Shown here: positions 1 through 10,478 of the stretch, in pieces
How the letters are laid out: the number at the start of each line of letters is the position of its first letter
Numbering within the stretch: position 1 is the stretch's first letter
Virus record (IMG/VR): IMGVR_UViG_3300025467_000013
Coordinates: 11,638-75,637 of that record
Direction: 5' to 3' (one strand)
Length of the DNA: 64,000 nt
Source: a virus
Made by a program: the position numbers and the translations under genes
The notes under the pieces: generated by a model
What the model saw: only the letters and a program-made list of their open reading frames with translations
Told to the model about the DNA's origin: nothing
Databases searched by the model: none

Positions 1-3000
1 TAGAAGGTTGCATTATAAATTCCATCATTCTCTTCCGGTGAGTAGGTAACTGTATTTTCGTTTCTATAAACATCAATAGTCGACGGATCAATAGGAGTCC
101 CGTCAACTTTAAATATTTCGTAGGTGTAAAACGGATTCGTGATGTCGTCAACTACACAATTGTTCGTTATAAATGTAAGACTTGCAGCCGCAGGGCTCAA
201 AGAAATCACTGAACTGCCTATTGTACTCAGCCCTTCTAACTTAACAAAATCACTACTATTAAAATTACTAGAATTAATCGAACTACGAATCACTCGATAG
301 TAATCACCCTCATATTGAACAATTGTTCCGCCTACAAATTCTATATTAGGTAACCATTGTTTCCATTTATCTTCACCAGTCGACCAATTCTGTGTTGTCC
401 AGAACATGAATTCTTTAGCACTAGTTGTCCAGTTTGTAACTACACTTAATGAATCGCTAAAATTATCAAATCTAAATCCTTGATCTATCAACCATTGTTC
501 ATACCCTAATAGAAAATCAACAACATCTTGTATTGTTCTTAACATGGTTCCATAAGACATAACAACAGGATTAGTTCTATTCCATCCTGTTCTTAACCGA
601 GCTGAACATCCTCCGATAATCGGTAAGGTTGGTAATTTTTCATAGTATGCAGTATCTAGAGGGGTACTAGTATTAGTAACTAACACTCGATAAAAATTTT
701 CATTGTATTTTACAATAGTGCCGGCATAATATTCGTTTCCTGCAACCCATGTTGAAAATGTTTCAGATATCCCGCCTACAGTAACATTAATTCCGGTTAC
801 ATTCCATTGATAATATGTAAAATACGGATCAACTTGACTATATCCTTTAATCTCAAATCCATTTGCTAACTTTGTAATAATTACACCACTATATGTAATC
901 TTTTTAACAGGCGAAGAACTATTTAAAATTAATGTATAGTTTTCGTTAGGAACAAATACTCCACCTGTTGATAACGGAGATCTCGAATCTAATATTAAAT
1001 TAAATTGTTCTTTACTACTAAATGCACCTGCTCGATAAGATAACTGTGCATTAATATTGTTCAAATCATATATGTATTGAGTATATGCAGTTAAATCTAA
1101 TCCCACAATATAATCAGTAAGATAATTGATAATACCCGAAGTCTGAATTTTAGTTGCGCTAGAATAGATACTCGGTATTGCAATGGTAGAAGGGTTAACT
1201 CTCAATCCAGTGTCAGAGTATATTAGTTGTCCGGCTAAATTTCTAATGACCCTCGACCGATCTAATAATGTCCCAAAAGTTTTTGCAGGATGCATTAGCA
1301 TTGCTGTAATTAAAAAACTAAATGGGTAATCTGAGCTTCTTCTCCATGCCCCTTCTACCGGTCCTTGATCACCAAAAACAAAATCATCAGCAATTGAAGC
1401 TGTCACTGGACCAGTTGCCCATCCAGCTGTTAACGGATCTAATAATGTGCCGTCGCTATCAACAGGAATTCGATTGATTAAATCCGGTCTCACAAAGTTA
1501 AGAAGTTTGATCGTTGGAACATTTGGTTGCCTAACAACACCGTCTGTTAAATCTTGCCACATGATTAAATTATCACTAGTATATGGTGCTGAACCATATA
1601 CTTGTTCCCACCAAGTCGGTTTATCATTAAACCCTAACATTTCCCACGGTGTTTGATCAGGACTATCGGTATCTAGAACATAATTGTAAATTCCTCTCCA
1701 ATATCCTGGACAACTTGTGCTGTTTGGAAGATCGAAATCTTTATAATTAAATGTTAAACTTATAGTACGATCAAATTTAATATTCTGCGTGTAGTCAGCC
1801 CCTACGACTTTAACCCATTTATAAAAATTAGGCGCTAATATTTCATTAAATTCAGTTAAGCTATATTCGGTTGTTCTATTATAACCAGGAATAATATCGT
1901 AGATATCAAAAATACTAGAATCATATTTTACCTTTATATTGTTGTAAATTCTTTTTTCTAATTCTAATAAAATTGCATCACGGAAATCTGTAAACACTCC
2001 ATTTACAATTTCACCATACAGCACAGTATGACTGCCGTCGTGCCCTTGAATCATCCATGTTGGATTCAATAATGCAGTATCTAAATATGCTCGAGGGTCG
2101 TATGTTGGCCATATACCTAACTTCGACGGTGTAGGTGGAACAAAACATCCGTTTGTACTGTCATATTCGTTGATGGTTATTATATCGTCGTTATGCAATT
2201 CTGCAGATATTATAACAAATCCTTGATCATCAAAAGAATAATCATGTTCATACAACAATTGTGTTCCATTCAAATATACTAATACCGCCGTTGTCGATAA
2301 TGAATCTAAAGAAAAAACGTTGCTTAATGGATAAGATTTAATTCTATAGTCAATTACCGAAATCTCAGTTTTGATACTTGGGCCAAATGGAACCATATCA
2401 CTAAAATAATAAGGATCAGTGTTTGGTCGGTCTTTGGTCATCTTTTGTAGAATTAAATCAACCATAGTAGTCGGATTTGTATCTACCCCTAATGATTCAG
2501 AAGTTTTTATAAAGTTTCTCTTGAATTTACTATATTCAATTTTTGAATGTTCGATCGCACGAACAATATTATTCTGTTCCGATGTAATATGATAAATTGA
2601 AAGGCTCAAAGGTGCGCTATGCTGGAGGAACTTAGTACCATATAACGTAATGTTTCCTAAATCTCGTAAATTATTTGTACCCGGTGATGTACCAACAAAC
2701 GATATAGTGTTAGGTAAATTATCGACAATCGAATTTACATGATCAATCACTTCTCCTAACGAAAAATTGGTTATCAACTCATTAAAAGGATTATTTTGTA
2801 AATTATACGGAATTTCATAAAACCCGTTGCTATTGATTGCTTGTTTAGAAAACGCTCGCATAGTCAATACATCACTAAGAGCAATATCATTAACTAGTGT
2901 AATTTGTTTGTATAAAGGATTTCTAATTGCAGTTGTATCAGTTGTAAAATTCCAATTAACGGAATCAAGACGAATACCGTTAACATAAATTACTAATTTT

Positions 3001-5075
3001 AAATCATCTAACCCATTAATATTATCAAAAATATCCAGAGGGAAATTGTTAATCCACCCAGAATTTTTATAGATTCTAATTGCTGCTTGTGTTGTTGTAT
3101 TAGCAGAAGTTTGCCAGCCATTAACATAACTCAATACATTATTGTTGTTTGTTTTAACAAGATAACCAACATTGATATTTTTTGTAATAATCTTTGAGGT
3201 GTCTTTGTAACTAAACGAATCAGTTGCTAAATCAAAATTAAATAATATATCGCCAATGTTGTTTATATTACCGTAAGACAGAGGAAATCCTAATACAGTA
3301 TCATCTGATCCTGTTCCTACCTTATATGAAAATAACTTAGTTCCAATAAAGGTCGAACCTGCATAGGTAGATTTATTACCATAACTAACATTATTGTCAT
3401 CAACAATATCGAATAACGGAGTTTGATTTAACTGGTTTTTTTGTTGTGCTATATTCCATGATACTCCGTCGTACCAGTACATATATCCTTGAGCACTTTT
3501 ACCTGATCGAATTAAAACAACATCATTTAGATTAGGTGTTGCATATTCTACTAAATTAATCAATCTAACGTTACTAGTTGAATTATGGACTGTAACAAAG
3601 TTAACTTGATATATTTTGTTTACAACCTGCATATCAGTATCTGCGGTAACTAAAATCAGTTGGCCGTCGATTAGGTCTATACCATCAATGTTATATCCAA
3701 GTTGTCCTTCGATATTTGAAAAAATATCCGTTGTAAATGAATCAACTAAATCAACATCTGTAATTGCATTAGTTCCAAAATTAAACAACTTTAATCCGGT
3801 CTCAAATTCGATAATCGGACGAGTCGCTCTTGCCGTTTGATCCAACGATGCTACAGTTCCGTTTAGTTCTGCACTTTTCTTAATTACGTCAATATGAAAC
3901 CATCTATTATTACGACTCCATGGATTATGATCATTGCTGCTACGATCAATAACAATATAATCAGGAGTTTGAGGATATGATGATGCATTACTAAATGGTA
4001 GCGAATCAAACGGAGTATCATCAAATAACACCGATTCAGTAACAGTATATGGGCCGATAATTTCTAATGTAGATTCATTTATTAATCGAATACCTGTGCC
4101 TACACCTTCAACATAAAAATGTCCAGTAGCATACTCATTCGGAGTTACTGTACCGATAAAGGATACCTTCATTCCATTACTTAAAGATGTACCGTTTTCT
4201 AAAGTAAAAGTCTTCTTTCCTATAATTTCTTTTTCAACATCAATAAACGTATTTTCGTTGATCGAATATATCTCAAAAATACCGCCTACATCCGCATTAC
4301 TTTCACTTACATAATATAAAGTTTTTGGTGCATTATCCGGTACTGTAAAAGTTATTGTGCCGTTTTCTACTGCATAACCGTCGACTCCGACATCGGTATA
4401 CCTATCTAAAAATCCAACAGTTCTTGCAGTTTTAATAGAAAACGGGTTACCTGGACTACTAATATCAAAAATGTATGTTTGACCTTTATATAACTTGATC
4501 GTCGGATTCGGCGTTAATCCAAGCACTCCGTTTGGTGAAAATATATAAACGTTATCGCCTAAATCATTTTGTATCGATACATCATAAGTGCTTATAATCT
4601 TTTGTTGTTGCCCAGAAATCTGAATAGACGATGGGCCATATGGTAACCAATAATAGTGTTGAAAATTTACAAATTTATCCCAATTAATATGCGGATCCCA
4701 ACTATAAAACTCTTCAGAATTTAATCTAGCGTGATTTGTAACATTGCTACCGAATACCCCAAGTTGGTTAATATAGTCTTGGTAATCTTTAAAAAACGTA
4801 TTGTTACCCGACTCATCATTAATAACTAAGCCCGGCTCTAATTGATAATTTTGTCGTGTCAAATCAGCTGCATGAACAAATACATCATTGCCTGTGGTTG
4901 ATTTAGCATATTCACGACCGATATATCCATTAATCTTTTTAACAGTCCCTGGTTGTATTAATTGATCAACTGTAGCGTGTAAGAATTTTTTATTTGCATC
5001 AGTACGATAATACTGTGGTAAAAATTCTGAACTTATATTTGTATTATTTCCGGTTGGGTTACTGTTATCAGCCAT
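1..5075 (-). CDS. Very large baseplate wedge/structural protein (T4 gp7-like position), partial; runs off the left edge
   Basis: ATG at 5075 overlaps the gp6 stop (5068-5070). Reads MADNSNPTGNNTNISSEFLPQYYRTDANKKFLHATVDQLIQPG...EEFYSWDPHINWDKFVNFQHYYWLPYGP. Its absence from the ORF track implies no stop inside the window (>1690 codons). Directly downstream of gp6. Confidence 0.75.
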   Translation of the reverse strand, partial: MADNSNPTGNNTNISSEFLPQYYRTDANKKFLHATVDQLIQPGTVKKINGYIGREYAKSTTGNDVFVHAADLTRQNYQLEPGLVINDESGNNTFFKDYQDYINQLGVFGSNVTNHARLNSEEFYSWDPHINWDKFVNFQHYYWLPYGPSSIQISGQQQKIISTYDVSIQNDLGDNVYIFSPNGVLGLTPNPTIKLYKGQTYIFDISSPGNPFSIKTARTVGFLDRYTDVGVDGYAVENGTITFTVPDNAPKTLYYVSESNADVGGIFEIYSINENTFIDVEKEIIGKKTFTLENGTSLSNGMKVSFIGTVTPNEYATGHFYVEGVGTGIRLINESTLEIIGPYTVTESVLFDDTPFDSLPFSNASSYPQTPDYIVIDRSSNDHNPWSRNNRWFHIDVIKKSAELNGTVASLDQTARATRPIIEFETGLKLFNFGTNAITDVDLVDSFTTDIFSNIEGQLGYNIDGIDLIDGQLILVTADTDMQVVNKIYQVNFVTVHNSTSNVRLINLVEYATPNLNDVVLIRSGKSAQGYMYWYDGVSWNIAQQKNQLNQTPLFDIVDDNNVSYGNKSTYAGSTFIGTKLFSYKVGTGSDDTVLGFPLSYGNINNIGDILFNFDLATDSFSYKDTSKIITKNINVGYLVKTNNNNVLSYVNGWQTSANTTTQAAIRIYKNSGWINNFPLDIFDNINGLDDLKLVIYVNGIRLDSVNWNFTTDTTAIRNPLYKQITLVNDIALSDVLTMRAFSKQAINSNGFYEIPYNLQNNPFNELITNFSLGEVIDHVNSIVDNLPNTISFVGTSPGTNNLRDLGNITLYGTKFLQHSAPLSLSIYHITSEQNNIVRAIEHSKIEYSKFKRNFIKTSESLGVDTNPTTMVDLILQKMTKDRPNTDPYYFSDMVPFGPSIKTEISVIDYRIKSYPLSNVFSLDSLSTTAVLVYLNGTQLLYEHDYSFDDQGFVIISAELHNDDIITINEYDSTNGCFVPPTPSKLGIWPTYDPRAYLDTALLNPTWMIQGHDGSHTVLYGEIVNGVFTDFRDAILLELEKRIYNNIKVKYDSSIFDIYDIIPGYNRTTEYSLTEFNEILAPNFYKWVKVVGADYTQNIKFDRTISLTFNYKDFDLPNSTSCPGYWRGIYNYVLDTDSPDQTPWEMLGFNDKPTWWEQVYGSAPYTSDNLIMWQDLTDGVVRQPNVPTIKLLNFVRPDLINRIPVDSDGTLLDPLTAGWATGPVTASIADDFVFGDQGPVEGAWRRSSDYPFSFLITAMLMHPAKTFGTLLDRSRVIRNLAGQLIYSDTGLRVNPSTIAIPSIYSSATKIQTSGIINYLTDYIVGLDLTAYTQYIYDLNNINAQLSYRAGAFSSKEQFNLILDSRSPLSTGGVFVPNENYTLILNSSSPVKKITYSGVIITKLANGFEIKGYSQVDPYFTYYQWNVTGINVTVGGISETFSTWVAGNEYYAGTIVKYNENFYRVLVTNTSTPLDTAYYEKLPTLPIIGGCSARLRTGWNRTNPVVMSYGTMLRTIQDVVDFLLGYEQWLIDQGFRFDNFSDSLSVVTNWTTSAKEFMFWTTQNWSTGEDKWKQWLPNIEFVGGTIVQYEGDYYRVIRSSINSSNFNSSDFVKLEGLSTIGSSVISLSPAAASLTFITNNCVVDDITNPFYTYEIFKVDGTPIDPSTIDVYRNENTVTYSPEENDGIYNATF

Positions 5076-8000
5076 TAGATGCTCCATAAGGTGCGCTTGT
5101 TACATTTTGTGATGTAGAAGTATTAGTAGTAGTTCCAGTTATTGCTTTAAGTACTGTTGGGGTTAATGAAGAAACGATCTCGATATCATTAACTGTTGCG
5201 CCATTAACAAATAATTGATCACTAGCAGCAGTGATTTCAAATAGATTGCCAAATCCTATACCGCCCTGACGAGGAACCACAACAAAACTTGTAATATTCG
5301 GTGCCAACTGTTGCATGACATATGCAGCCAGTTCTGAAAAATAAAATGTATCGCCAAAGTCCCAATTTTCTAACGCAAAGAACTGATTAATTGCAGCTAA
5401 TACACTTGTTTGTATATAATTATCCGAATTAACTTGAGCTGGATTTTTTACAACTTTAAATGATGCTTGTACATCAGGTGTTGCATATGAGCCAAACAGT
5501 ATTTTGTAAGTTGCCGAATGGTAAACAATCTCGTCAGACATCGACTTAATAAGATTTAACTTTGGTGCTAAAATATCATATAATTCGTCAGAACCTGGAG
5601 GTAATGGTTTTATTATTGTAGACGGAGATGCTAGCCATTTTCTAAATGCAAGGTCATAACTTGTAGTTAATATATACACATCAACGATATTACTCGGACT
5701 TGGATCAATACGCGACTCGTAGTTTGCACTATGTACATACTGGAATTTTAGGTTATCTCGCCCAACATACACTTTATAGTCCAATGTAGGTTCTAATGTT
5801 GCTGTACTTAAATTCAACTTAACTACTGTATCAGTATCGATAAAATAGAAATACTGACTATCGTTGTAATTTATTAACGGACCCATTGAGCTTTGACTGC
5901 TAAGAATCAGTACAATATTCTCCGAATTACTAACGTAGGTATAGTCCTCTTGATCTACATTAACAAGGTATTTCTGTTCAACAATATATTTAGAAGTTGG
6001 ATTTACTGACGGATTAACAATATCAATAAAATACTCTGGGTTGTCAACAACACCATTATTATCAGAATCAGCAAATGAGATTACTAATTTTGACGGATCA
6101 ACATATCCATCAGTACCAATGTATTCAGACACGATGTCCCACTTTAAATCAGTAGTAAATGGCATTGTAGTATCAGGTTGCGTGTTAATACTAAGAAGAG
6201 TAATACTGTCTTTAATTAATTTATTATTAGATACATCGAAAATTCTATGATTGCTATTAAAGTAAAATCTTATCTGAGCATCACTTTCAAAAATATATTG
6301 CTGCTCGCGAGATTTAACCGTATAAACAACATTGTCTGTTGTGAACAGTATTAACCAACTCGAATCTTGTTGTTTATTAGTAGTATCGCCTTGATATGCT
6401 AAACTAAAATCAGTTGTTAAATTTAAATTCGATTCGTAAACAATTTGCCATGCTTGTGTAGTCGCATTATAACTTAATCCAAACGGATTATTAGCAAAAA
6501 TTAAATCAATCATAGTTGTTATAACTGTTGGACTAATAGTAGTAATCCATGCAGGAATAATCTGATCAATAATAGGATAGATTCCATTTAATGTATCAAA
6601 TTTTTGATTTAATACAATTGGTCCAAATCCAGATGATAACATTCCGGTCCCGGTTGCTGTTCCGTCGTCGACTATTGAAACTACCTCTGCCCATACTGAT
6701 ATTTCTGCACCCGGACTCGTTCCATTCCCTAAGACTAATTTATTCGAGTTTAATGTATCAAAATAATAACCTGCAGGAGCAGTAAATTTAATTAATGCAC
6801 CCGGTATAAAGTATTTTAAATCGTTGGTGGTATAATTTCCAACCTTGTATATTGTAGAATTGTTGTTAGCATCAACAATATATCCGCTAGACATACCGAT
6901 ATCAGTCGTAACACTAATCCAGTTAATTGATAAACTAGCAGTAATATAGTTCAAATATTTTGAGTAATAATAATTTCGCAGACTAGCTTTCTTTAACACA
7001 GGATATAATGCATTGTAAATAACCCCTTCGATATCAGTTCTAGTTTGATATGTAAATGTTATTTGAGAAATAGTTGGCTGAGAATATATAACTCCGTCGT
7101 CTGCAAATAACATAGTAGAACTATATGCACCTGTAGGATCTTTTAAATCAAAGTAACGACTAATTCCGCTAGATGTCCTGTTGAGAGATTTAACTTTTAC
7201 TACTTGTGTACTCGCCGATAACGGACTAATATTATAATCTTCACCTGTAATCATACGATTTTGTGTATAATAGGTCTGAGGAGCGTTTGTCTTTATGTTG
7301 GCATTCGACTCGGTAGTATTAGCATTCGATACACTAGTTTGCAGATTTAATGTAATCGATAATTGCTCAAGTTTATTATTACGTGAATAGTAAGGGATAG
7401 TAATATTAACACTACGGATATCCTGTGTATTAATCACATACGATAACCCATTACTTACTCTGTAATAGGTACGAAATGTTCCCAAAGGTAAGTTACCAAA
7501 AGTACCGTCACTAAATTGAAGGCTAACCATATCATTAACACGAGAAATAACTTGATAGATTGTTTGTACATTTTGATTTAAACTATTGTAAATGATATTA
7601 TTACCGATTAAATTAGGTACTTTTGTCCACAATGTCGATTCTTTACCGTTTGAATCTAATTGATATAACCACACATCATTTTCATTAATATTATTTGCAT
7701 TGATGTCAATAGATTCATTGCTACTTGGTTGGCTAATAGTAAAAGTACCTTGATTTAATGTACCTTGTACAAAATTTAAAAAGAAACCTGTCCCGGGGCT
7801 TCCGGCACCCATACCGTCGTAACTATAGATACATGCTAATGGATTTCCGAGCGCCGGTGGTTCTTCGTATATGTAATTTTCACCTTTAAATGTTGTACTT
7901 GTAATTTCAAAATTTGTATTATTACCAGAAACTGCTTTTGTAAACGAAAAAACAGGGAGCCCGGTAATTGCGCTGTTAAATCGATATTGTTCAGTAGGAA

Positions 8001-8544
8001 TCGAATAAATTGTCGCACTATCGGCTGGATTACCAAACTGCTGGGTCGAAGAAAAAGCTGCGTTTAGAACTTTTATAAACTGATCATACCAATTGGTATT
8101 AGTTGAATCATTCCAGTTAATTGCTTGTCCTGAAAGATTAAGACCGTTACTATCGATTACATTTTCTGTAGTAATAATTGTACTAAATTTTAATAATCCT
8201 TGTGCTGCAATGTTACGAGTAGGATTATAACTGATCATTCTAGCTAATCGTAAAACTGCATCGGTGCGATCAGCAAGTTCTAAAAAATTATTTCTTGCAT
8301 TTAAATCAGCACGAAATGCAATGCTTTGGCCCATGTATGCAATAAGGTCGATTAAGGCTAGATATTCCGAGCTTTCAATGTAATCGTTAAAATCTTCGGG
8401 AAAATTTATACGAAGATAGTCTATCATAGTCCTTCTCAAATTTTCAAAATCATAACTTTGAAAATCTGCGTTCTTAAACGATTGATAAATTTTTTGCCAA
8501 TCTTCCGAAACAAGAAGATTATTTAAACGATCTGTAGAGCTCAT
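5068..8544 (-). CDS. gp6: Baseplate wedge subunit (T4 gp6-like)
   Basis: N-terminal DFENLRRTMIDYL...FNDYIESSEYLALIDLIAY...FLELA motif, internal FSDGTFG and QNRMITGEDY motifs typical of gp6/baseplate J; follows gp25. Confidence 0.88.
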   Translation of the reverse strand: MSSTDRLNNLLVSEDWQKIYQSFKNADFQSYDFENLRRTMIDYLRINFPEDFNDYIESSEYLALIDLIAYMGQSIAFRADLNARNNFLELADRTDAVLRLARMISYNPTRNIAAQGLLKFSTIITTENVIDSNGLNLSGQAINWNDSTNTNWYDQFIKVLNAAFSSTQQFGNPADSATIYSIPTEQYRFNSAITGLPVFSFTKAVSGNNTNFEITSTTFKGENYIYEEPPALGNPLACIYSYDGMGAGSPGTGFFLNFVQGTLNQGTFTISQPSSNESIDINANNINENDVWLYQLDSNGKESTLWTKVPNLIGNNIIYNSLNQNVQTIYQVISRVNDMVSLQFSDGTFGNLPLGTFRTYYRVSNGLSYVINTQDIRSVNITIPYYSRNNKLEQLSITLNLQTSVSNANTTESNANIKTNAPQTYYTQNRMITGEDYNISPLSASTQVVKVKSLNRTSSGISRYFDLKDPTGAYSSTMLFADDGVIYSQPTISQITFTYQTRTDIEGVIYNALYPVLKKASLRNYYYSKYLNYITASLSINWISVTTDIGMSSGYIVDANNNSTIYKVGNYTTNDLKYFIPGALIKFTAPAGYYFDTLNSNKLVLGNGTSPGAEISVWAEVVSIVDDGTATGTGMLSSGFGPIVLNQKFDTLNGIYPIIDQIIPAWITTISPTVITTMIDLIFANNPFGLSYNATTQAWQIVYESNLNLTTDFSLAYQGDTTNKQQDSSWLILFTTDNVVYTVKSREQQYIFESDAQIRFYFNSNHRIFDVSNNKLIKDSITLLSINTQPDTTMPFTTDLKWDIVSEYIGTDGYVDPSKLVISFADSDNNGVVDNPEYFIDIVNPSVNPTSKYIVEQKYLVNVDQEDYTYVSNSENIVLILSSQSSMGPLINYNDSQYFYFIDTDTVVKLNLSTATLEPTLDYKVYVGRDNLKFQYVHSANYESRIDPSPSNIVDVYILTTSYDLAFRKWLASPSTIIKPLPPGSDELYDILAPKLNLIKSMSDEIVYHSATYKILFGSYATPDVQASFKVVKNPAQVNSDNYIQTSVLAAINQFFALENWDFGDTFYFSELAAYVMQQLAPNITSFVVVPRQGGIGFGNLFEITAASDQLFVNGATVNDIEIVSSLTPTVLKAITGTTTNTSTSQNVTSAPYGASNG

Positions 8545-8562
8545 ATCTTATCCTAATATCAA

Positions 8563-8570
8563 TATTTATC
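8563..8570 (-). promoter_or_regulatory. T4-type late promoter (GATAAATA) upstream of gp6
   Basis: Matches the TATAAATA late consensus at 7/8 positions, 18 nt upstream of the gp6 ATG. Confidence 0.6.
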
Positions 8571-8591
8571 GAATAAAATTAAGTGGGTATA

Positions 8592-9041
8592 TTATTGCGC
8601 AAAGAATCCATTAGCCTGATCAAATTTCATTTGCAATGTTTGACTAATGTTATATGGCAAATATGTTAATATACATTCAATTTGTATACCTGATTCGTAT
8701 GCAGTTACAATAATGTTCTGGGCACTAATTCGTGGATCATAATTAAGAATTTGATCAACATTTTTTGTAATAATTGCTTTAAGATCGTCTGTCAACGGAT
8801 CAAAAAGCAGATCCCATATTACTGTACCAAATGTTGGATTCATTAATCTTTCACCCTGTCGTATATGAAAATGGTTTAGCAAATCTTGTTGTATAAGTTC
8901 GAAGTCAAATAAACTAAAATTTTCAGTATTAGTACTAACTGTACTAAATCCTCGATACATTTTAGGTGTAATTGCAGTTGTTTGCACATTTGATGCAGGG
9001 TTTAATGTGACTTTATTGTAAAGATTTGATATTGAACTCAT
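8592..9041 (-). CDS. gp25: Baseplate wedge subunit / sheath initiator gp25 (GPW_gp25 family)
   Basis: GERLMNPTFGTVIWDLLFDP...YDPRI signature. Confidence 0.92.
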   Translation of the reverse strand: MSSISNLYNKVTLNPASNVQTTAITPKMYRGFSTVSTNTENFSLFDFELIQQDLLNHFHIRQGERLMNPTFGTVIWDLLFDPLTDDLKAIITKNVDQILNYDPRISAQNIIVTAYESGIQIECILTYLPYNISQTLQMKFDQANGFFAQ

Positions 9042-10477
9042 GTTGTTGACCTCTTAACCCTTGAGAATGGGTCTACTTTGGTTGTAGGCTTATTGTAAAA
9101 TGCTGGCGTTGGCGACGATACCGTACTAGTAGATGCTTGTGTTTTCGATGGTATAAATGATTGTGGATCAAGATTTTCATGTTGCACCCAAGGTTCTGCC
9201 GTTGGAATACGTGCAGGTTTCGGTGCTTCTTCAGCCGGAGTCGGCGACGGTCCGTTCCATCTAATTGCCGGTGCTACACCCAAAATTGCTGCTGCGGCCG
9301 TAAGACCAATTGTACCTTGTACTGTTATTCGTCCATCCACTTCTGCTTTTACTTGGAAGTTTTTAGCAGTAGTCATTTTAATATCTTTTGTTGCATTAAC
9401 ATTAAAATTGCCAGCACAAGTAAAATTAATATCACGACCAGCAGTAACATTAAAATCATTCATTGTATGCAAACTTACGCTGTCTTGTGCATAGATATCA
9501 ATCTTACCATTACTAGTCAATTCGATCCATGTTGTACCTCTAGCATTTCCGATATAAATTAAATCTTCACTATTATGTAATAATATTTGATGGCCGGTTC
9601 TTGTACGTATTCTAACTAATTCATTATGCGGAATTGTAGGTTGGCCTCCAGTTTCACCTTGTGCTACAGATGCATAGTCGGGCGGACCTTTTCCTGCTGG
9701 TGTTTTACGAAGAAACTTATCATCTCCATCATCCATTACAAATGTTGTTCCACCTAATCGACTAACAAATACGTTATTAGCACTACTTTCTTTTTTTCCA
9801 ACAGTTCCTGTTTTTGCACCAGGGCGTTTGTCAACCGGACCGGGCGTTGATATACCAAATACTGCACTCGGCACTTCTCGTCTTGAACTACTAGTTGTAA
9901 TTCCTCTGATATCATCTTTAATTAATCCCTGGCCTGATAATATATCAGTTAGGGGATGTTTTGGTTTGTTAATTTTAGTTTCGTCATTAACAATTTTGTC
10001 GTTAACTTTTTTATTATATTCTGCTACCGGGTATCTACCGCCATCACCACCAGTTGTATATTGCGTTGCTGCAATGCCCGGTACCATAAAGTTCATTGCT
10101 TCATCCGGTACGCATCCGATCCAGTATCCTCGCTTTGGATCTCCGTCGATAAAAATAACCATCACCGTTGACCCAACATCCGGAGGAACAAACCACATAC
10201 CGTAACTCTTTTGAGTATTGTTGTAGTCGTCTTGATTCCCTACATAATCTAAATCTGTACATCCGTAAAACGGAGTCATCATTTTTACTTGATGCAACTG
10301 CCCTCCTGCGCGAGTTTGATTACCTACCGGTCTAAGTAACTCTACTTCAAGTGTTCCCATGTATGTAGGATCAAGATGACTTACAATTGTTGCTAGATAC
10401 GGGCCAGGGCGCGAACCTATACCAGCGGCATCGCTAGGAGAATAATCAATATTTTTATCTACATTTTTATCTATCAT
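9038..10477 (-). CDS. gp5: Baseplate central spike (gp5/VgrG-like; OB-fold plus beta-helix, no lysozyme domain seen)
   Basis: SYGMWFVPPDVGSTVMVIFIDGD OB-fold motif, RIRTRTGHQILLH, beta-helix repeats; adjacent to gp25. Confidence 0.82.
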   Translation of the reverse strand: MIDKNVDKNIDYSPSDAAGIGSRPGPYLATIVSHLDPTYMGTLEVELLRPVGNQTRAGGQLHQVKMMTPFYGCTDLDYVGNQDDYNNTQKSYGMWFVPPDVGSTVMVIFIDGDPKRGYWIGCVPDEAMNFMVPGIAATQYTTGGDGGRYPVAEYNKKVNDKIVNDETKINKPKHPLTDILSGQGLIKDDIRGITTSSSRREVPSAVFGISTPGPVDKRPGAKTGTVGKKESSANNVFVSRLGGTTFVMDDGDDKFLRKTPAGKGPPDYASVAQGETGGQPTIPHNELVRIRTRTGHQILLHNSEDLIYIGNARGTTWIELTSNGKIDIYAQDSVSLHTMNDFNVTAGRDINFTCAGNFNVNATKDIKMTTAKNFQVKAEVDGRITVQGTIGLTAAAAILGVAPAIRWNGPSPTPAEEAPKPARIPTAEPWVQHENLDPQSFIPSKTQASTSTVSSPTPAFYNKPTTKVDPFSRVKRSTT

Positions 10478-10478
10478 A